Positions 25,545 to 38,077 of a stretch of DNA of 64,000 bases are shown here, piece by piece. The stretch is from contig NC_068982.1 of the NCBI RefSeq assembly GCF_001194135.2, positions 50,263,814 through 50,327,813 of the forward strand, read 5' to 3'. Numbering within the stretch: position 1 is the stretch's first letter; each line of letters opens with the position of its first letter. The position numbers and the translations under genes are program-made. The DNA comes from Octopus bimaculoides. Lineage: Eukaryota. The notes below the pieces were generated by a model. The model searched no databases, was not told the DNA's origin, and worked only from the letters and a program-made list of their open reading frames with translations.

Positions 25545-25855
25545 TCCTTTTGATGAATTTTGCTTTTTGGACTGTGTTTTGGTGGCTCGTCTTTGTCCAA
25601 CCATTGTGCTGACCGTTTACGGTTGTTGTATTGGATCCTTTTCTCATTACATGTTACAATTTGATTAAAAGATGATTCATTTTTGTGACGAGAAAGTAGC
25701 ATAATACAGTCTTCCAAACGTTGCTGCTTCTGATTTTCATTGAGTTCATGTGGAACCCACTTATCCGACTTTTTCACTTTACCGATTTGAACTAGGTGAG
25801 TCAATATTGCTTGTTTGCTAACACCAAACAACAACAGTAATTCACGAGCACTTAA
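25545..25855 (-). pseudogene. Mariner transposase fragment (second, diverged family)
   Basis: LSARELLLLFGVSKQAILTHLVQIGKVKKSDKWVPHEL..IVTCNEKRIQYNNRKRSAQW..PKSKIHQK. Confidence 0.85.
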
Positions 25856-26859
25856 ATAGAAATGTTTTACTCTACGAGTTTCATGAAGGTGTTGATGCAA
25901 GTGCGGCAGTAAGATCTATTCAGAGCACTTATGGGGATGATGTAGTGAATGAAAGAAGTTGCAGCAGGTGGTTTTCCCGTTTCCTAAGTGATGATTTCAC
26001 TTTGAAAGAAGAGTGAAAAGAGGGTCGTCCAAAAAAACTTTATTCCGAAATGTTGGAAGCTCTTGTTTCAGAGAACCCTGCCGTTACCACTAGGGAACTT
26101 GCAAAACACTTAAACGTGGCCCATACAACCGTGGTATGCCAGCTAAAACACATTGGAAAGGTTTCAGTGGCTGGAAAATGGGTCCCTCACGAGCTGTCTC
26201 CAGAAAATCGACAACAGTGTGCTACTTGTCAATCGTTGCTTTCGCGACGCTTTCAAGTAACATTTTTAGACAGGCTTGTTACAGGTGATGAGAAGTGGAT
26301 TCTTTACCATAATGTTAAACGCCGTCGTTCTTGGATCAGTCGAGCAGGACGGCCAGTTCAACGACCAAGGGCAGGACTTCATCCAAAGAAGGTCATGTTG
26401 TGTGTATGGTGGAATATTAAAGGAGTTATCCATTATGAACTGTTGAACAACAACCAAACAATTAATGCTAATCTTTACTGTGAGCAACTTCGTCGTTTGA
26501 AAACAATTCTGAGCCAAAAGCGAGCATCCTTGGTTAACAGAAAGGGCGTCATCTTCCATCACGATAATGCTCGTCCTCACACAGCTCGACTGACCAAAAC
26601 CCTCTTGGAAGAACTTGGTTGGGAAATACTGCCTCATCTTCCATATTGTCGTGACCTTGCTCCTTGTGATTACCATTTGTTCCGAGGACTACAGAACCAT
26701 TTTGATGGACTTAAGTTAACAACAAGAGAAGAGACTGAAAATGAGTTGGATTCATATTTTGGTTCTAAACCTACAGAATTTTACAAGCGAGGCATTTATA
26801 AAGCTGTTGAAAGATGGAATGAGGTCACTGAAAGCAATGCAGAGTATGTTAATGAATAA
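25846..26859 (+). pseudogene. Mariner DD34D transposase, nearly full length, one in-frame stop and no start
   Basis: EH..VLLYEF N-terminus; TGA at 26014-26016 in frame with ORF 26050-26859; WVPHEL, TGDEKW, HDNARPH, DLAPCDY; 34 residues between D2 and D3. Confidence 0.92.
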
Positions 26860-26908
26860 ATATTTCCATAGTCATTGGCTTATTCATTTTTACCTTAGAT
26901 CTTTAAAT

Positions 26909-26936
26909 CGGACATTACTTTTGCACCAACCTGATA
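26909..26936 (+). repeat. Mariner right TIR plus TA
   Basis: Reverse complement TA-TCAGGTTGGTGCAAAAGTAATGTCCG, similar to the Hsmar1/cecropia-type TIR. Confidence 0.85.
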
Positions 26937-26951
26937 CTTATATATATATGT

Positions 26952-26983
<32 letters not shown>

Positions 26984-27095
26984 NNNNNNNNNNNNNNNNN
27001 NNNNNNNNNNNNNNNNNNNNNNNNNNNNNNNNNNNNNNNNNNNNNNNNNNNNNNNNNNNNNNNNNNNNNNNNNNNNNNNNNNNNNNNNNNNNNNN

Positions 27096-27135
<40 letters not shown>

Positions 27136-27179
27136 GAGAGAGAGTGAGAGATAATTTTTAAAATGGAGAAAAAATGACA

Positions 27180-27345
27180 ACAAGAAAAAGACAACAATGC
27201 GAGGACGTGGTACATACAAAGTATTAATAAGACGCTCAGAGAAGGAAAGAAACGGTGTTTTACGTTTCGAGCAAAGCTTTTCTTCAGAAACAGGAGACAG
27301 AGGAAAGTCCAAGAGAAAAGGAAGACGGAGGAAAAAAATCGCCAA
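27180..27345 (-). mobile_element. Penelope-tail-like repeat with hammerhead-like motif
   Basis: Same organisation as 5527-5705; ends at (TC)n. Confidence 0.55.
27257..27291 (-). ncRNA. Minimal type-I hammerhead motif (canonical CUGAAGA core)
   Basis: GUUU-CUGAAGA-A-AAGC-UUU-GCUC-GAAA-CG-UA-AAAC; only the stem II closing pair is mismatched. Confidence 0.6.
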
Positions 27346-27794
27346 CAGTCCACGTATATCTGTCTATCTCTCACACTCTCTCTCTCATTCAAAATACTAT
27401 TTCCTTTTTCTCGTCACTCTATTTTCGCAACATTTATGGAATTTCTGCGAATATTGATTGGCCAATAGTGCGGTTTAAAGAACATGGCAAAATCCACGAC
27501 TCTTTAACGTGTCCCTGTTCACGTGTTTGAATCCTATCATTTCAATCTAAGATATACCTGTGTGCAAGTGCGCCCGTATTTACGTATCTCCGCCAGAGAG
27601 AGGGGGGAGAGAAGGGCAGACAGACAGACAAACTGATAGGCATAGAGAGAGAGAGAAGAGAAGAGAGAAATGCAGATGAAGTAGCGAGGAAGCAATGTGC
27701 AAATCGCAACCACTTAAAGAACATGAATATTTGTTAAAGACTTAAAAAGCAATGTAAATGACTAAGCAGGATATTGAGAGAATAAAAAGCTGAA

Positions 27795-27871
27795 GACAAT
27801 GGTAATGATGATGGTAATGCCAGCCACTATGTTAAATACGACGACGACGACGATGACGAAGACAACAACGG

Positions 27872-27903
<32 letters not shown>

Positions 27904-28199
27904 TTGATGTTGACGATGTTGGCAATGATGTGGATGAAAACGATGTTGGTGGCAGTAATGGTGGAGATGGGGGTGTGGTGGTGGTGGTGGTGGTGGTGAA
28001 GATGGCGAGGATGATGATAATGATGATGATGCTGAAGGTAATGGTAATTATGATGAAAACAGTGACGAAAACTCGGCTGTTGATGACGATGAACATGATG
28101 ATGATGGTGATGATGATGATGATGATGGTGATGATGGTGATGATGATGACGACGATAAACATAATGATAATGATGATGATGATGATGATAACGATGAAC

Positions 28200-28236
<37 letters not shown>

Positions 28237-28352
28237 CGATGATGATGATGATGATGATGATGGTGATGATGACAACGACGACGACGACGATGAACATAAT
28301 GATAATGATGATGATGATGACGATGAGCATGATGATGATGATGACGATGAGC

Positions 28353-28386
<34 letters not shown>

Positions 28387-28875
28387 CGATGATAACGACG
28401 ACGTTGGATAGCGCGCTAATTGTTATGACAAAAGAATGATGACAATTCTGGTGGTGATAATGAGGACGACGACGACGAGGGTGATGACGATGATGATGAT
28501 GATGACGACGACGATGAGGAGGACGACGACAAGGAGGAGTATGATGAGATTATGATCATAATGACAAACATGACATAGGAGTGAAGGGCATGATGATGAT
28601 GAGAGGGGGGATGAGGATGAGCAGAAAGAGGAGGAGCGGGAGGAACAGAAAGGAGGGGGAGCAGGGAGGAAAAGGTGATGGAGTGGTGGTGGAGTGGTGG
28701 TGGTGGTGGTGGTGGTGGTGGTGGTGGTAGTCCCATAGAAGAGAGCGAGCCATGATGACAATGACAATGACAATGACCACGACGACAGTGGTGATGACAA
28801 CAACAACAACAACAACAACAACAACGTCGTTGATGATGTTTGAGTTGACGGTGCCGATGATAATAATGGCAATAA
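27795..28875. repeat. About 1.1-kb degenerate (GAT)n/(GAC)n/(GGT)n/(CAA)n compound microsatellite
   Basis: Trinucleotide periodicity; poly-M/D/I/S ORFs in several frames. Confidence 0.9.
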
Positions 28876-29981
28876 TAATTTTCCATGAAATTAACGAGAA
28901 AAAAACTCTTATATTCATTCACCTGGTGTCTAGACAGGATACACTCCATTTCTGAAAGGAAACAGCTTTGGCGCCATTTAAAGAAAACTAGCAAACCGAA
29001 CTTACAACCAGCGCTGTTGAAGTCATTAAATGAAAATAAGAACAGTCAAAACGAAACCTAAACTGTGGATTTAAAAGTGATTTACGAAAGACACACACAT
29101 AATGTTGCTTATTCTTACATATGTGGCCGTGTAAACTAGCAGATGAGACTACGCGTGAGCGGAAACATCACTACACCACATGGGCATACCACGTACACAG
29201 GCGCACGCGCACACACACGCACACACACACACACACACACGCATGCACACACATACGCATATGCAGAAACACTAATGCACGCATGCACCTATACACAAAT
29301 CTTTATACGTAAGTCGGTGTATGTATCTGCATGTATGTGCGCTTGCATGTACGTATATATGTGTGTATTTATGTATGTGTGTATATGTATATATATATAT
29401 ATATNNNNNNNNNNNNNNNNNNNNNNNNNNNNNNNNNNNNNNNNNNNNNNNNNNNNNNNNNNNNNNNNNNNNNNNNNNNNNNNNNNNNNNNNNNNNNNNN
29501 NNNNNNNNNNNNNNNNNNNNNNNNNNNNNNNNNNNNNNNNNNNNNNNNNNNNNNNNNNNNNNNNNNNNNNNNNNNNNNNNNNNNNNNNNNNNNNNNNNNN
29601 NNNNNNNNNNNNNNNNNNNNNNNNNNNNNNNNNNNNNNNNNNNNNNNNNNNNNNNNNNNNNNNNNNNNNNNNNNNNNNNNNNNNNNNNNNNNNNNNNNNN
29701 NNNNNNNNNNNNNNNNNNNNNNNNNNNNNNNNNNNNNNNNNNNNNNNNNNNNNNNNNNNNNNNNNNNNNNNNNNNNNNNNNNNNNNNNNNNNNNNNNNNN
29801 NNNNNNNNNNNNNNNNNNNNNNNNNNNNNNNNNNNNNNNNNNNNNNNNNNNNNNNNNNNNNNNNNNNNNNNNNNNNNNNNNNNNNNNNNNNNNNNNNNNN
29901 NNNNNNNNNNNNNNNNNNNNNNNNNNNNNNNNNNNNNNNNNNNNNNNNNNNNNNNNNNNNNNNNNNNNNNNNNNNNNNNNN

Positions 29982-30032
<51 letters not shown>

Positions 30033-30137
30033 CTACCCCTTTCTTAGTTCATTCATCTTTCCCTTTTTTTTTCGTTTTCATTCTTCCTGTAATTCTCTTC
30101 CTTCTTTCGGCTCTGCCGCCATAATTTACACATATAC

Positions 30138-30173
<36 letters not shown>

Positions 30174-32185
30174 ATGTATGTATTTATCTATGTACTAGCT
30201 GTATGTATGTATGTATGTATGTATGTATGTATGTATGTATGTATGCATGCATGCATGTATCTATATATCGCTGTTGCTGGGCAATTTTTTACAATAGAAT
30301 GTCTTATATAAAGTTTTGTTTATTCCATGTCAGACCAAGTCTTCGCCGACGGATAGGCCCCTTGATCAGGACAGATTTGTACAATTTTTCACAAAAAATT
30401 TTCGCTGAGGATTTTTCCTTTTTAAATTATATACACTTGCAGAAAAACCGCCCTGCGGGCGGTTTTCTGCTAGCATGTGATATTATAGCATATTGGTATC
30501 ATATATACATATAGATATGATACACAAATTATATATGACACATAAATTACAAATTAAAAATTTACTTAAATACATTTCAATTAAAAGAGAGTAATGAATG
30601 CTTCACAGCACTGTAAAATTTCCGTGTAGACTTTGAATTTCATTGTAGACAACCCTTTTCATTTATCTGGGTTAATATTTTTATAAACAACTAAGATCGA
30701 TAAAATAAGTAACAGGCTTGAAGAATAAGTAATGGAGATGATATTATTGACTAAGCATGACCGCAGTCTAACACAGTTTGAAAAACTTAATTCTATAGAT
30801 AGGGTTTGTTGCTTTTTTGAATTATGTAATACGTTTAGAATTAATTTACTCACTTCTTTTTTTCGCTTTATTACATTTTTTACGAACGCGAAGAAAAATT
30901 ATTTGTTTACATATGGAATTCAAACGGAAGTTGATATTTAAAACAGAAGCGAATCTTGCAATATTAAGCATTATAATTTATGCTTAATATACAAATAAGC
31001 TTTATTGTTTAAAGATTTTTTTATGATATTCATTTATAATTTCTTCAAGGTAACATGACATTTTTTAATACCGTGGGAAAAAAAAAAAAACTAGACATTA
31101 ATCATCTACAATATTATAGATATCTGTTCGAACGTTTCCCATGATTTTATTCATTAAAGCTTATTAAAACTTCAGAAGTTCTTACAACTTTGGTCGTCGT
31201 AATGCTTTGCTTTCGTTTGTTTAATAAAAATTCCTCCTCGCAATGATTTTGTGATAGACAGCTATCGATCAGAAAATGCCAGCTTCCAAATCTTGTTTTC
31301 TGATTAGGTAAAATTAATTAAACTTTAAGCTTCAGTAACTTGTTTTTGCAATTTTTCTGGAGCAAATAAGTAACAAAATCGGATCTAACGTGGAAAACTG
31401 TTTCAATATAAACAAATTTGAAAATTTTGACGTAATTTTAAAATTTCATATGTGACAGCAACAGGGAAGATCCTACAAAAGTAGAGACAGTTATAGGACG
31501 TCTCACACACATACACACACAGCACAAACACGCACACACATTTACAAACGTACACACAGGTAATCACGAATTTTAAATGGTGTATAGTAGACATATGTAA
31601 GTATGTGTATATATTTATGTATGTGTGTGTTTCTTTGCGATGGACAGCAGAGAATCCACCTACCTACTCTCTCCTTAAAGCTACATATTCCTCACACCCA
31701 CCTTTCTTTCCCTTCTTCTGCATTTTAAAAGTTAGTTATGTGTGTGTGTGTGTGTGTGCGCGCGCATTTATCTATGTATTTACGAAAGTATGTATGCAAC
31801 GTCACGCGTGAATAACAGCTGTATTAACGTTATCATTCCACTGCCACTCCATATTTATCGCTTACACAACGCTGTTCTCCCCTTCCCTGATATCAGCCAC
31901 ACTCACTTTCCTTCACGCTAACACTCTTTGCTCCCTTCTCATTTTATCAAATAATAGTCCAACTATAGACTTTTTATTGAAATCCAATTAGCCTATAATT
32001 GAGCTGGATGTTAGTTTAACATGCATGCAAAGTTTCGTCAAGATTGGTTCATTGGTGTAGGCAACAAGATGGTAATAGACAGATCGAGAGACAGGGATTT
32101 TCATTCATGTATAAGATGTATGTATATGTATTCATATGTGATTGTGAGTGTGTATGTGTGAATGTATATATATGTATACTTATAC

Positions 32186-32239
<54 letters not shown>

Positions 32240-32450
32240 TCTTTTGATCTTTTACTTGTTTCAGTCATTTGACTTCGGCCATGCTGGAGCACCACTTTAA
32301 AGGATTTTAACCGAAGAAATTTATACCAGGACTTATGATTTGTAAGCCTAGAACTTATTCGATCGGTCACTTTTGCCGAACCGCTAGATTACGGACACAA
32401 AAACACACCAACATCGGTTGTCAAGCAATGGCGGGGGTGTAAACACTGAC
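32240..32450. mobile_element. SINE-like repeat S1
   Basis: S1 consensus match. Confidence 0.75.
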
Positions 32451-32457
32451 ACACACG

Positions 32458-32515
<58 letters not shown>

Positions 32516-33638
32516 CATAAATATTATTAAAATTAGTGATAATATGTAGGAAACTTTATTTAAACACAACATTATCAAGATAATCCATATTGGTGAAATT
32601 CTAACTGAACATCTGAAAAAATGTTAGCTGCTAAAAATGCTACCAAAAAAAAAAACCAAACCAAATTTAACTTTAGACATTCATTCAACTAAGAGCGATG
32701 CCATTGAACTAATTAATTTTATAAAACTAAAATATAAAGAATTCCATATTAATTCCATATTTTTTGACAATTTTAAATCTACATGAAAATGAAAATAAAA
32801 ATATCAAGAAAAAAATTTAACATAGAAAGCGAGTATATTTATCTCCTAAAATTAATGACGTCACTGAATATCTAAAGAACAAAAACTGCAGACAAAAATT
32901 CTACGTTATGCTAAAAGATAACTAAAGAATAAAAACTACTGATAATGATTCTGCGTAATGCTTAATAGAAACTTGTATACTTTATTAATTACCTATTTAT
33001 TTATTTAATATAATAAACCCTTCTATAAGAATTAACCTTATTTTATAATAACTGAAGAATTATTATATTCGACAACATATGCAACCACTGAGGTTCTCAC
33101 TGGATAATTAAAAAATAAAAATTACAGAAACGACAATGAAATATCTATTTATTCTTTATAATAAACTCTTATAATGGAATTAACTTTATCAAATAATAAT
33201 TGAAAAGTTATAATTAATAATAATATATACAATTATTGATGACTACGCTAGACAACTAAAGAATAAAGATAACGGATATGATAATTAAATACCTATTTAT
33301 TTTTATATTATTCCCTTTTATATGAATTAAGATTATTATATAATCATAGAAAATTTACTATAATTAATAATATATACGAATCTTGATGATCTCGGTGGAT
33401 AATTCTGCATAAGGATTGTTGGATTTACCTGCCATGCATAAGGATTTACCTGAGATTTGTATTCTACATACATTTACTGGTATCTACATGTTGGAAATTT
33501 AACCTTATTCCTTTATACTGAGTGTTTACATGATATATGCCAGGATTTTTACTTCCATTTTCTCTTATATATATATATATATATATATCATCATCATCAT
33601 CATCATCGTTTAACGTCCGCTTTCCATGCTAGCATGGG

Positions 33639-33670
<32 letters not shown>

Positions 33671-34226
33671 NNNNNNNNNNNNNNNNNNNNNNNNNNNNNN
33701 NNNNNNNNNNNNNNNNNNNNNNNNNNNNNNNNNNNNNNNNNNNNNNNNNNNNNNNNNNNNNNNNNNNNNNNNNNNNNNNNNNNNNNNNNNNNNNNNNNNN
33801 NNNNNNNNNNNNNNNNNNNNNNNNNNNNNNNNNNNNNNNNNNNNNNNNNNNNNNNNNNNNNNNNNNNNNNNNNNNNNNNNNNNNNNNNNNNNNNNNNNNN
33901 NNNNNNNNNNNNNNNNNNNNNNNNNNNNNNNNNNNNNNNNNNNNNNNNNNNNNNNNNNNNNNNNNNNNNNNNNNNNNNNNNNNNNNNNNNNNNNNNNNNN
34001 NNNNNNNNNNNNNNNNNNNNNNNNNNNNNNNNNNNNNNNNNNNNNNNNNNNNNNNNNNNNNNNNNNNNNNNNNNNNNNNNNNNNNNNNNNNNNNNNNNNN
34101 NNNNNNNNNNNNNNNNNNNNNNNNNNNNNNNNNNNNNNNNNNNNNNNNNNNNNNNNNNNNNNNNNNNNNNNNNNNNNNNNNNNNNNNNNNNNNNNNNNNN
34201 NNNNNNNNNNNNNNNNNNNNNNNNNN

Positions 34227-34276
<50 letters not shown>

Positions 34277-34283
<7 letters not shown>

Positions 34284-35074
34284 CAAATAATAAATGAGTA
34301 TATGCATGTATACGTACAAGTATGTGAGTATCTACATCTACCTGTATGTATAGGTGCATATCTGGGTACAGGACGTGCAAACAAAACGTAGACAAAAAAA
34401 TAATAACCTGAGTACAGAAAACACACAGGCGTCATAGAGAAAATTTTCCTTCATCAACTGCCCTCATTCTAACACAAGCGTTTCGAAGAGTTAGGGCAGG
34501 ACGCATCGTTAAAATGGCTCTTCCCACGGACCACAAATGAAATTTGTATACACAAATTAAATTTGTACCATGGAGGAATGTAGTGGCGGACAGAAAACAA
34601 GACAGGAAAACAAACGGAAAAGAAAACAAGACAGGAAAACAAACGGAAAAGGCTATACGGCCAGACGTGAAAGATTATGTGTAAATTGAACGCTGTGAAG
34701 CAACGAACTGGAAGCGGGACGAAGTAGGTTCGTATGTTTGCTCGGCGATAGCCAAGGAAGAAAAGAATTAGTAACTGGACACATGTGACCAGCGAGAGGT
34801 AAGGAGAGAGAGAGTGGTAGAGGGAGAAACAAGGGGAGGAAGTAGAAAATAGGTGAGCAACGAGAGGAAGAGAGAAATATAATAGTAACAGAAGGAAGAA
34901 CGAGAGTGGGAAAGAGAGAGATATAGTAGTAACAGAAGGGAGAACGAGAGGGGGAAAAAGATATAGAGATAGATAGAGTCGCGTCAGAAAATATAAAGTT
35001 CAAAACATACTTGCAGGGATGACGCGTGCGTTCGATCATGTAAAACAAATGATAAATGAGTATATGCAGATATA

Positions 35075-35080
<6 letters not shown>
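34277..35080 (-). mobile_element. About 760-bp non-coding repeat with short terminal direct repeats (family shared with 48113-48926)
   Basis: TAAATGAGTATATGCA at 34290 and 35054; shared body motifs GAAAACAAGACAGGAAAAC, CCAGACGTGAA, GAACGCTGTGAAGCA. Confidence 0.6.
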
Positions 35081-35121
<41 letters not shown>

Positions 35122-35129
35122 ACGCACAC

Positions 35130-35310
35130 ACACACACACAAACTGGCTTTTTTCAGTTCACGCCTACTAAATCCACTTACAAGGCCTTGGTTGGCCGAGT
35201 CTATAGACGCAGACACTTTCCCAAGTTTCCGCGTGGTAGGATTGAACTCGGGACCATGTGGTTGGGAAACATGCTTTTTACTACACACCCATGCCTGCGC
35301 CTATTTGCAA
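35130..35310 (-). mobile_element. tRNA-derived SINE, family S4
   Basis: Matches copies at 43385, 52255, 54950 (CACATGGT..GGTTCA.TCC..GGCAAGTGTC..GAAAGAAGCCCGTCGTAT). Confidence 0.7.
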
Positions 35311-35334
35311 GATACAGCCACAACACTTCCAGTT

Positions 35335-35730
35335 CTTTTTAAATTTTTTCTTGCTTCCTTCATCAACTGGGTGACCACACCTACGTGCTCTAGACACCCT
35401 AATACCTTTGGGATATCTCCTTTCTGAACTGAAGTATCGATGTAGGTATTCTTCAGGAAGTAGTCTTACAGGCGCCTAATAAGATTGCTGAAGAATATCT
35501 TGCTCTCGGCATTGAGTAACGCGATAATTCTAAACTGACTGATAGTCTTTGACTCTTCCATTGGAATCCACCCCGCTTCTACGTACTTCCACTACCGAGT
35601 TTCCTTACCTCTCCTCCAAATACCCCCAGGATCCTCCACACCCTGTAAAATACCCATGGATAGTTCTTGTAAGGTACTTGGGAGGTCCAAACAAGCACAA
35701 TGGTAAATTTGGGGTCTACGCCAGTATTTT
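35335..35730 (-). pseudogene. Hero/NeSL-like non-LTR reverse transcriptase fragment
   Basis: WKYVEAGWIPMEESKTISQFRIIALLNAESKIFFS..YIDTSVQKGDIPKVLGCLEHVGVVTQLMKEARKN. Confidence 0.8.
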
Positions 35731-36639
35731 AGGTGTCCATGAAAAAGTTTAGCTTTAGTTGTATTTATTGCAAGAAATAACTGGGTGTCTTTCTCTTACC
35801 TTTTACATAGCTCAACATGTTTTTGGCCACTGAAACATGTTCTCTCAGAGAGTTATATTTCAAATTTACACGAGTGAACGTGTGAAAAAACAAAATAAGA
35901 ATTCTGAAACTAGTCTTGCCTTCTTGACCACCTTCAGGGCCACCTTCCCATCAAATTACAAAGCAATACGCGATTTTGTGTGGGCTCGTTTTTTAGATCA
36001 TTCTTCCGTAATGTCTTGGATAATCGTTAAATATAACGGTTTCGTGGAGATATGGCGGCAAGGGCCATTGAAACGTTTCGTTGGTCATTCCTAAGGTTTG
36101 CAAGATTCTTTTTTTTGTTTTTAGTACTTTGTATTTGAGGTTGGAAGGCTAGATGAAAGAAGTCTCCAATTTAGTTTTACTCTTTTATAATACGAAATCG
36201 ATAGTTTCATAACAGAATACATATGCGATGGTTATGAGCAAGTTGTGGCACTGAAAAAAGATTAGATTTTATCAGCCTAATTGTTATCTACACCTTGGAG
36301 AACGTATTTTTGCCAAATTCTATTTAAGGCCTTGGCAATAACTGCATTTAGATGCACCAGTATCTTTGCCGTTTAACTTGAAACGTTTTCGAAATTGTAG
36401 ATTTTTAAAAATTTGCAAGGAGTTTCGAACCGTCTTTTTATGATCATTTTCCGTAAATTTAGCACTTCCTTCTTTTTTGAAGATCTTTGTAAGACACCTG
36501 TTCAAATAGTTTCTTAATTTACATGTGCAATAAGTTACTGAATGGGTAAGAAGGTAAGGACGTTCAATAAATACATACATTCCTGATCGGCGGGTAACAT
36601 TCCTACATTTTTATACACTTTCCATTAAAGTTCTGCAAT

Positions 36640-36945
36640 GTCTCTGGCCTTGGTCTCTGGAATCGAATCGTCACTAAAGCTGGCTCTGGGGTGAATGTCG
36701 TTTTCACATTTGGAACAGGTGAGTTGAATGCTGCGCTTCTTGACTAGCAGCTCTTTTGTAAACCCACGTGAGCTTGCTAGAAAAAATGTGTTCGTTTACT
36801 GGCTCTCTCCTTCTGCCGTCTCTTATATCATTCATTCCTCTTTAATGTCATAAGCTTCTTGCAGAGGATATTCCATAGGTCCATTAGAGCTGATTTTTCC
36901 TCCTGTTTCACCTTCAACTGACGCCTCAAGCTCTTAAGTTTCTGT
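36640..36945 (-). pseudogene. Hero/NeSL-like ORF fragment upstream of the RT
   Basis: KSLRRQLK..EEKSALMDLWNILCKKLMTLKRNE*YKRRQKERASKR..GFTKELLVKKRSIQLTCSK. Confidence 0.7.
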
Positions 36946-37965
36946 ATGTGTATGTGTATGTGTGTGTGTATGTGTGTGTGCGCTCGAGTGCATATGTTGT
37001 GTATGCTTGTGTGCGCACGTGCGTGCAAGAGTATGGAGGTGGGTGCATGTTTATATGCGTTTCTTTATTGGGGAACTTGAAGCGAATAGGAGTGAGTGAG
37101 AGTGGAGAAGGAAACAAAATAAATGGAACTTGGACAAGAAAGAGAGTGAGTGAGCGAGTGAGTGATTGAGTGACAGACTGACTGAGTGACTGAATGCCTG
37201 AGTGAGTGAACGAGCTTGTGAGTGAATGAGTTTCGGAAGGAAAAGTTATTTTCTCTAAATGTTGACAGGTCCAAGGAAAGTGAACGCTAAATGTAAACTA
37301 ATGATATAATTGATTGATGATAGTTTACTGTTGAAGCTAATCACAGCCGAATTTCTGCTTCTTGGTAAATTGATTACTTCATATAGAAACCACATATCAA
37401 ACATCTACCGCCATGTCAAGAAAGCCGTTGACTTTGTGCTATGCACAATCTCCAAACTCTGAAGTAAAGAAAAATGGAGCTGAATACTAAATCATACTTT
37501 GTTGCTTGTGTTTGTATAAGTAAAATAAAAGAAAATGTGAATAGTTGCACATGCGCAGAGAAATTCACTTTGATGTGCTGGACTTTAATGCGGACGTTTT
37601 GTTGTGCATGTATGAGTGAATACCTGATTGTTTATGTGGTTATTTGTGGAAAATATTTGAAACTACATTCTTTGTTCTACAAATATTTTGGGAGCAGAAT
37701 GGATCTTTTGACGGTTCCCATTCTTTTTATTCTCTTTCCCTCTATCCTCCCCCCTTTGTTTCTCTCTTCCCTCTCGCTTTCTCTGCTCTACTTTATCTCT
37801 CTTTTTATGTATTTACATTTATATATTTACATTTATATCTTTCCTTTTTTTCTTACATATATAAATACAGAGAGAGGCATTGGCAATATCGCAATTGAAA
37901 ACAAAAAAACATAGGCTCTTGAAGTACTATGTGTGTGTTTGTGAGTGTGTGTTTGTGTGTGTGTT

Positions 37966-38077
<112 letters not shown>

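Noticed and set aside
27799-28994. Poly-Asp/Met/Ser ORFs as an acidic (aspein-like) biomineralisation protein
   Set aside because: The Asp frame shifts repeatedly (e.g. near 27975 and 28430) and hits TAG; the variants are single substitutions of GAT; no signal peptide or splice context.
30659-30853. NSKKQQTLS resemblance to the Helitron helicase motif NKSQGQTL
   Set aside because: Flanking residues do not match the helicase motifs; the match is too short.
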